This document shows positions 39,511-46,280 of a DNA stretch of 64,000 nt, piece after piece; position 1 is the first letter of the stretch, and every line of letters starts with the position of its first letter. The position numbers and the translations under genes are program-made. The notes beneath the pieces were generated by a model, which did no database searches, had not been told where the DNA came from, and saw nothing but the letters and a program-made list of their open reading frames with translations. Source of the DNA: an uncultured bacterium (GTDB lineage: Bacteria > Babelota > Babeliae > Babelales > Babelaceae); NCBI GenBank assembly GCA_963819815.1, contig CAWFXL010000001.1, forward strand, positions 224,001 through 288,000, read 5' to 3'.

Positions 39511-40005
39511 ATGAATTCAAAATTAGCATTCGTAGGCCTCTTAGCACTTATGCTAGGGGCCACGGAACTTATCGATGCACGTGGTGGCGGTGGTGGACGT
39601 GGCGGTGGTGGACGTGGCGGTGGTGGCGGCGGCCGAGGCGGCGGCGGTATGCATGGTGGTGGAATGCGTGGCCATGGTGGTGTTAGCCATATGGGCGGAC
39701 GTCATGTAGGCGGAGGTCGCCATGTTAGCGGCGGACGTCATGTAGGTGGCGGTCGACATGTTGGCGGCGGACGTCATGTAGATGGTGGTCGTCATGTTGG
39801 CGGAGGTCGCCGTGATGGTGGACGTCACTTAGGCGGTCGTGGTATTCGCAGTGGCTCATACTGGGGCCCGTATCTGTTGGGTGGTCTTCTTGTAGGCATA
39901 CCCCTCCTAAACTATGAGCTAGGATCACCTTATGATGGTTGCTACTATGACTTCGATGGAGACTTAATCTGCCAAATGGGCGATGAATGGTACTATGCGT
40001 CATAG
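39511..40005 (+). CDS. Array gene A7: exported Gly/Arg/His-rich repeat protein
   Basis: Leader; RGGGG repeats; GGRHV(G/S/D) repeats; aromatic/acidic Cys-containing tail. Confidence 0.8.
   Translation: MNSKLAFVGLLALMLGATELIDARGGGGGRGGGGRGGGGGGRGGGGMHGGGMRGHGGVSHMGGRHVGGGRHVSGGRHVGGGRHVGGGRHVDGGRHVGGGRRDGGRHLGGRGIRSGSYWGPYLLGGLLVGIPLLNYELGSPYDGCYYDFDGDLICQMGDEWYYAS
39694..39831 (+). repeat. 18-nt coding tandem repeat (GGRHVG x ~7-8)
   Basis: Units such as ggcggacgtcatgta / ggtcgacatgtt with synonymous variation. Confidence 0.85.
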
Positions 40006-40020
40006 AAATGAATGAGACTT

Positions 40021-40051
40021 AAAGATGGAGGCTTCGGTCTCCATCTTTTTT
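40021..40051 (+). terminator. Rho-independent terminator closing A1-A7
   Basis: AAAGATGGAGGC-TTCG-GTCTCCATCTTT followed by T run. Confidence 0.85.
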
Positions 40052-40200
40052 GATGTAGAGCATTTATTTCTTCGTCCTTTTCTACCCATCTTGACCAAAC
40101 AAAAAAAATCTTATTCTATAAAATACTTGATTAATCATATTTGTACTTAATAAACTAAGAGAGATAGAGTATAATTACCAAATAAGTAAGGAGCATTAAT

Positions 40201-40512
40201 ATGAATGCAAAGTATTTACGAGCAGCTCTTTTGCTTGTTGTTTTAGGGATGGCAAGCATTACTGAATGCGGCCGTAGTTGCAGTCGGAGTTCAAGCCGTG
40301 GACATAGACATTCAAGTCATAGCCATGGGCGTAGGTGTTGCCGAGGTGGCGGCTATGGCTGGGGTCCAAGAGTTTATGGAGGCTTTGGGTACTATGATCC
40401 TTATTTTAACGGATACGGCTATGGATACGCCCCTTGGGGATATGGTTATGGGTATGGTCCTTATGCCTATGAGCCCGTTGGCTGCTCATTTGGGTTGAAT
40501 GTCTGTATTTGA
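40201..40512 (+). CDS. Array gene A8: exported Tyr/Gly-rich small protein
   Basis: AAGGAG RBS; leader ending ITEC; GYGYG repeats. Confidence 0.78.
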   Translation: MNAKYLRAALLLVVLGMASITECGRSCSRSSSRGHRHSSHSHGRRCCRGGGYGWGPRVYGGFGYYDPYFNGYGYGYAPWGYGYGYGPYAYEPVGCSFGLNVCI

Positions 40513-41868
40513 TGACAGCTCTTTTACGAGCTTTTTGAAGTGTCTTCCACGTTCTTGATAATCTTTATAAAGGTCATAGCTCGCACCTGAGGGTGAAAGG
40601 AGAATGACCTCATCCTTTTTGGCTTGCTGTAGGCAGGCTTTGACTGCCTCATGAAGAGTCTCATGAGCCGATGTGGGGATGCCGTATTTTTTGCAGCCAG
40701 CCTCGAGCTCTTTGGCCTCTTTTCCAAAACATACTGTTGCTGCAATATAGGGCTTAAGTAAACCGATGAGCGCTGCTCTATCAACCCCTTTACTGATACC
40801 ACCAAGGATAAGATGGATGGGGCGAGGTGCTAATGTTGCTACAGCAGCTCTTGTCGCTTCAACAATAGTGGACTTTGAATCATTATAAAAGAGTTTACCC
40901 TCATGAGATCCCACAAATTCAATGCGGTGTTCAAGTGGTGAAAACTCTGGTACTGCAAAAGCATGAGAGGACAGTATACCTAGCATATCTGATACCGTAA
41001 GAAGTATGAGCCAGGTTTCATGGAGCAGCGATTCTCCACGTTGGGCGAGGCTAGAACGAATGGGTAAGGTTGTTGTAGCAAGCTGACCATTCTTTAGACG
41101 TCTACGTGTGAGCGTGGTTCCTTCTAAGGTATACAAGTCATCACCTTCCTGCAGCAATTGAAGCGTCTCAGGTGATGGCTCATCTTGAGTAAAGTAGGTA
41201 CAAGGACGGTTAGTCAGAGCACGTACTTGTGGAGCAAGGTTAAGTGGTAGGAGCATCTTCTGTTCAGGGCGTTGATGCCTAAAGATGTGTGCTTTCGCTT
41301 CAAAATAAGCTTCCAGAGTACCATGCCGATCAAGATGATTGGCATAGAGATTCGTCATAATGGCAAGATCGGGCGCAAAGGTATGCGCAAACTCAAGTTG
41401 GAAGCTTGAGAGCTCCAAAAGGCCATAGTCAACGGTATCTTGGCTAGGAAGAAGATCAAGCATAGCGGTACCTATATTACCGCCTGTGGCGACCGAGAGA
41501 TCGTTTGCTTGAAGAAGTGAAGTAAGCAGGGTAACTAAGGTTGTTTTTCCTAAGGAGCCGGTAACGGCAATGAGCGGCTTGTGCCATCGTGGACCAAAGA
41601 GGGTAAGCTCGTGGACCATCTTGTGCTGGTACTCCTGTGCTTGGGTAAGAGCTATCCCAGGACTCGGGACAAGGAAGTCATTGTCTTTGAAGAATGCTTC
41701 TTGTTCATGAGGCGCATAAGAGCGGACCTGGTAGGTAGTAAGAAATGATTCTTCTTCAGCAGTTAAAGGACGCGCATCGTATACGGAAAGTGAATGCCCT
41801 TGCGCTTGCAGAAAGCGTATTGCCGATCTGCCAACAACTCCAAGACCCCAAATGCCATATCTTTTCAT
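40486..41868 (-). CDS. murD: UDP-MurNAc-L-Ala-D-Glu ligase
   Basis: GLGVVG, SPGI, AVTGSLGKTT, GGNIG, ELSSFQLE, NHLDRH, HRIE, YNDSKST, LLSPSGASYD.Y..Y.ERG. Confidence 0.95.
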   Translation of the reverse strand: MKRYGIWGLGVVGRSAIRFLQAQGHSLSVYDARPLTAEEESFLTTYQVRSYAPHEQEAFFKDNDFLVPSPGIALTQAQEYQHKMVHELTLFGPRWHKPLIAVTGSLGKTTLVTLLTSLLQANDLSVATGGNIGTAMLDLLPSQDTVDYGLLELSSFQLEFAHTFAPDLAIMTNLYANHLDRHGTLEAYFEAKAHIFRHQRPEQKMLLPLNLAPQVRALTNRPCTYFTQDEPSPETLQLLQEGDDLYTLEGTTLTRRRLKNGQLATTTLPIRSSLAQRGESLLHETWLILLTVSDMLGILSSHAFAVPEFSPLEHRIEFVGSHEGKLFYNDSKSTIVEATRAAVATLAPRPIHLILGGISKGVDRAALIGLLKPYIAATVCFGKEAKELEAGCKKYGIPTSAHETLHEAVKACLQQAKKDEVILLSPSGASYDLYKDYQERGRHFKKLVKELSSNTDIQPK

Positions 41869-42212
41869 AGAAGTACCTTTTTGTGGAGGAATGCTTTTCT
41901 TAAGTATACTAGCCTGCACAGAAAAGTGAATCGATAGATCCATTCATACGGGTATTCTTACATGGGCGAACCCATAGAGGAGTTTATAGGGTATACCATT
42001 AATGGCAGTATTTATGCAAACTGGTGAAATATATATTTTTCAGTAGAGTCTTCAAGTTGTATACAATAATGAGGAAAGGGGAGTATTTCAAAAAACTCTG
42101 ATTGCAAGATCGAGTTCTTTGGAGCTATGGTGGCTTGATGAGTTGTTTGGAAGCACAATAATTCAATGATTAAAAATATGCAGGATGAGATATCCCACCC
42201 TGCATCAGATTC

Positions 42213-42628
42213 TTAGCGACGAAAGCGTATCAAAGCGAGATACCCTGGACCAGCAAGGATAATGGAGAAAAGAATAACAAGTAGGCAGAGCACATATTCA
42301 AAGCCATTGTTTTGAATAAAGAATCCTTGTGATTTGTGAATAAGGATAAGTGCGCCAGCCATTACCGGTATGACCATAAGAGCACCAAGTTCTGCATAAA
42401 TCCCAAGAAGGAGCAGTACTCCGCCAATAAGCTCAGCAAAAGCCGCGAGATAGGCAAGATAGAAGGGGATACCATAGCCTGCCCAATCCATGTTACAAAT
42501 CCGCTTAGTCCTGGACCTCCAAAAAGACCTAGAACTTTTTGGCTTCCATGAGCAATAAAAACAACACCCATCGTTATCCGTAAGAGTGTTAAAGCCCATT
42601 GGGTGCGAGTGGCAGTATTCATCATCAT
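42213..42628 (-). pseudogene. DoxX-family membrane protein, frameshifted near 42485 (probably an indel error)
   Basis: N-half LLRITMGVVFIAHGSQKVLGLFGGPG in one frame; C-half AELIGG.LLLLG...H..GFF..NNGFEY...GPG in another; AGGAG RBS. Confidence 0.85.
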
Positions 42629-42915
42629 CGAAAGTCTCCTTAACGTAAATAGGGTGTATAACGTAGGGATACTACTTCGTTTAGAGAATTTTTTCAAATT
42701 GTGTTCATGTTTTTGGCATGGATTATTTCAGTCGAACGGTTGAAGATATATGGTGCTTTCATCGAGCTATTAGATGGGAAGTATTTTGCAAGGAGGGGAC
42801 TTTGCTGTAAAATGCGTGAAACTATTGTGTCCATAAAGAGAATTTTGATACTCTTCCGATGGATGCGAAAATGGCGTATCAGCTTATACATTTTATACAT
42901 TTAAAAGGAAGACGA

Positions 42916-43623
42916 ATGAAGAAACACTTCGTAATATTACTTATCATCTGGTCGGCTTCTATTATTGCACAGGTTGGTCCTCAACCATTGTATATCTCAA
43001 ATATTACGCTTATCCCTTCATGTGGGAATACTGCAACGATATCGGTGACTGCTGCTGGTGGTCAACCAACGCTGGATGGTTTCTATACTTACCAGATAGG
43101 TTCTCCGATAAATGAAATTCGGGTTGCAAAAACGGTCACCTTTACTGCTACCAGTGGCTCAATACCCATTTTGCTTATAAGCGATTCTTCATCGAACGCT
43201 CTTAATATAGATCAAGTAGCTTCTTTTACGCCATCTCAAACCACCTCAGTAAGCATGGATGTCAGTACATTACCGCTTGGTAATGGAAAAGGATGTATCC
43301 TTTTAAGTGTTACTAATCCTGGAGGATTAGCAACCAATCTGGTTACTTTTGGTTTGCGGGCTTTTACTCCTACTGATTTGGAGACTCCTTCCGATATCAA
43401 GCAGGTGAAAGAAGCCCCTTTCACGGCTACATTTCTTTCTTTGCCAAGCGCTTTACTTAATGCTTCTGTTGTTAATATCGATGATGGTTGTGCTGAAGGC
43501 TCCACTTTCAATTTCATATTTCCCTTTCCTCAGGGATTGGGAAATGCTCTGAAAGCGTATATATTTAACAAATATTGTAGCTGCCCTCTCAGTAGTTCTG
43601 CGATATCTGTTCCTATACCTTAG
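42916..43623 (+). CDS. Exported beta-rich protein with KYC tail (short paralog of the 27351 protein)
   Basis: AQVGPQPLYISNI...ISVTAAGGQP..DG.Y.Y; ends GNALKAYIFNKYCSCP. Confidence 0.85.
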   Translation: MKKHFVILLIIWSASIIAQVGPQPLYISNITLIPSCGNTATISVTAAGGQPTLDGFYTYQIGSPINEIRVAKTVTFTATSGSIPILLISDSSSNALNIDQVASFTPSQTTSVSMDVSTLPLGNGKGCILLSVTNPGGLATNLVTFGLRAFTPTDLETPSDIKQVKEAPFTATFLSLPSALLNASVVNIDDGCAEGSTFNFIFPFPQGLGNALKAYIFNKYCSCPLSSSAISVPIP

Positions 43624-43680
43624 CCTTAAGAATAATAAGCTTCTTGTCATAGGGAATACTGAAGTATCCTTGTAGATTAG

Positions 43681-44043
43681 TATCTCAATAAAACAGGTGC
43701 CTGTTTTATTGAGATATTCTATGTGTTTTGCAGGCTCAGGGAAAAACGTTATTGTCGAGATCATCAAATCCATAGCTTAATTTCGGCAGCATTCTTGCAA
43801 ATTTGACGTCTTAATCAGGATAATAAAAACATTTCCCACAATCACTATTAAATGGACTGATTAGAGCTGTCATTTCCTGGATATGTCACGCAAGATTATT
43901 TAATAGTAAAATGCTATGCTCAATTGTTTCATCAATTAATTACAATGGTAACAATCATTGCAAGAACTATAACTCAAACATCTCAATAAAACAGGTACCT
44001 GTTTTTATAGACAGATCATGAAAACAGGTACCTGTTTTATTGA
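43681..44043. repeat. Cluster of three AAAACAGGT(A/G)CCTGTTTT palindromes (REP-like)
   Basis: 36-bp inverted repeat 43681-43716; cores at 43988-44005 and 44021-44038. Confidence 0.85.
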
Positions 44044-44130
44044 CTTTATCCAAAGTCGTGAAATGTTTCTAGCATCAACCTTACCCCAGGAGTGATCTAT
44101 GGAACATACCAGCAAGGCTTTTCTTATTTT

Positions 44131-44184
44131 ATAGCCAGAAACCCCCATGGCCTGTTAAGCCTGGGGATGAATGGCAATCCTTAC
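44131..44184 (+). repeat. 54-bp dispersed hairpin repeat, copy 2
   Basis: 51/54 identical to 2897-2950. Confidence 0.75.
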
Positions 44185-44584
44185 CATTTTACCTTATGAG
44201 TGAGCTACATCGATTATGCGATTAGATTAAGAAATATGAAGACAGATACCTGTTCTCAACCCAAAGGGGACGATAGTATACTAATAGCTTGAGGTTCATC
44301 AGATATCCCCAAAAAAATTCATCAATGCCAAAAAAATCGCTAAGGCATGCGCGCTTCCTGGCCTCCAATAGAACCCCTACATGGCTCTTCACATTAGATC
44401 CATTTTCGGGAATCAAACGATAGATAAAAGCTCTAAAGTAGCTAATTGGATGCAAGGAATGAAAAGGTATAAAAAAGTTAAAGAAACCATTGCATGTATG
44501 CAAACAACTTTGGTATCTTTTCATGGATGCGAAAAATGATCCATCAAGGAAATGTAAATCTTAACTTTACTCAAAGGAAGACGA

Positions 44585-45325
44585 ATGAAGAAGCTTATCA
44601 TACTACTCGCGATTTATTCAGCATCGATGATTGCTCAGGTTGGTCCTCAGCCATTATATTTCTCAAATATTACCATTACTCCTACACCAGGATCATGCGA
44701 TGTAGCTGTAGGTAAAGCAACTGCAACTATATCGGTGACTGCCGCGGGTGGGCAGCCAGCAGCAGATGGTTCATATATCTATATAGTGAATGGTAATACC
44801 AATCAGGCCATAGTTGCAAAGACTGCTACATTCACCGCTCTTGAAAACGAAGCTGTTAGCGTGATAGTAGTCGATGCAGGGCAGAATACTTTATTCGTAT
44901 TTGGAGGCACACCAGTAGTTATGTTTAAACGAAGTGCGACAACATCGGTGAGCATGGATGTGGTTTCGTTACCTCTTGGTAATAATCCTGGTTGTTTCAG
45001 GTTAACCGTTATTAATCCTGCTGGTAAGGCAACCGGTACGGTAAACTTTACAGCCCAATCCGTAACTCAGAATGAATCATTAACTGAAACTATCCTTGAG
45101 CAAACACTCCAGGCACCGCCCTTTACTGTCACATTTCCTTCTTTGCCGGCTGCATTTATTATTGCCGAGGTTGCGGTTGCAGATGATTGCGGATCGGGCG
45201 GTTCATCCACCTTCAGCTTTAACTTTCCTTTTCCACAAGGATTTGGAAATGCTTTGAATGCATATATATTTAACAAATATTGTAGCTGCCCTCTGAGCAG
45301 TACAGCAATAGTGATACACCCATAA
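44585..45325 (+). CDS. Exported beta-rich protein with KYC tail, paralog of 42916..43623
   Basis: Same N-terminus and upstream AAAGGAAGACGA-ATG; ends GNALNAYIFNKYCSCP. Confidence 0.85.
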   Translation: MKKLIILLAIYSASMIAQVGPQPLYFSNITITPTPGSCDVAVGKATATISVTAAGGQPAADGSYIYIVNGNTNQAIVAKTATFTALENEAVSVIVVDAGQNTLFVFGGTPVVMFKRSATTSVSMDVVSLPLGNNPGCFRLTVINPAGKATGTVNFTAQSVTQNESLTETILEQTLQAPPFTVTFPSLPAAFIIAEVAVADDCGSGGSSTFSFNFPFPQGFGNALNAYIFNKYCSCPLSSTAIVIHP

Positions 45326-45458
45326 AGTTTCATAAGTTTGTTCGTATATCCAGGCATGCCTGATCACGCTTGGATATGGGCATGATTTCAAAATTGGTCC
45401 TATCATGATGTAGGTATTCCAACAAGTCTAGCACTAGGGTGTCTAGATTTTGAGCAGT

Positions 45459-46151
45459 TTATGACCTGAGCAAATTCTCAAAGGCACTCAGAAAATGGCT
45501 CATATACGCATTAACCTTGTCATCTTCTTGGTACTTCTTAAAAAGCGGTAATGCCTGAGCTAACTCATCATAGGGAATACTGAAATATCCTTTGTGCGAT
45601 GCTACTTTGTTCTCAAGTAGCATGAGGGGAGATTGTTTGAAGTAACTTCTCTGAACACGATGCCAGGCAATTCTTTTGATGAAGTTAACTCCGTAGTCTT
45701 GCTCTTCGGCATCATATCTAATGAGTGCATGGCGAATCTGAGCTCTATCAAGAAGATGGTAACACAACTCATCTTCAATCATCTTAAGAAAGAGGGCTTT
45801 TCTTTTTGGTATCTCAGATAAATGCTCATAGATCTTGTCGTGCCGCGCAATGATTTCACGCTGTTCATCAACATAGGCATGAAAAAGCATACCGGCATGA
45901 AAGGGGCTTGAAGCATTTTTTACTTGGTCAAGAGTTACGTCCTTTGCATGGGTCTTTTCACGAGAAATATGGCCTATGTACCGAATGTCAGGAAATAGAG
46001 TGCCGCGCATAAAAGCATCGCGCTCTGCAGGAGTATACGTAGGCTTTACGTGCTTGAAATACAGCTCTGCACAAAGCGCATGTACGACAGGACCGGCGGC
46101 ATGCAGGGTGACGCAGAGCATGAGAGAAAAAGTTAAGAAACGAATATTCAT
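45459..46151 (-). CDS. Exported protein, zinc-dependent phospholipase C / P1-nuclease-like superfamily
   Basis: GPVVH near mature N-terminus, GTLFPDIRY, TH, GMLFHAYVD metal-ligand pattern. Confidence 0.6.
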   Translation of the reverse strand: MNIRFLTFSLMLCVTLHAAGPVVHALCAELYFKHVKPTYTPAERDAFMRGTLFPDIRYIGHISREKTHAKDVTLDQVKNASSPFHAGMLFHAYVDEQREIIARHDKIYEHLSEIPKRKALFLKMIEDELCYHLLDRAQIRHALIRYDAEEQDYGVNFIKRIAWHRVQRSYFKQSPLMLLENKVASHKGYFSIPYDELAQALPLFKKYQEDDKVNAYMSHFLSAFENLLRS

Positions 46152-46280
46152 GAGTTTCTTTCGAGTTATAAGGCCATCTTAAGAATACGCTAAATGGCCA
46201 GCCTAATCTATCTGGATCTAAAACTTTTTGCAGAATATGGTATACTAGAGTATTGCAAATCGAATTTGAAAGGGGTTCTC

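Noticed and set aside
31545..40512. Integron (integrase plus cassette array)
   Set aside because: Integrase lacks an evident IntI-specific insertion, spacers lack attC RYYYAAC...GTTRRRY ends, and array genes are paralogs
36401..40512. RiPP precursor cluster
   Set aside because: Leaders look like hydrophobic Sec signals, and no recognisable modifying enzyme, peptidase or transporter is adjacent; not fully excluded
44222..44524. 100-aa minus-strand ORF between KYC paralogs
   Set aside because: No recognisable motif or leader; lies in a decayed, repeat-rich interval
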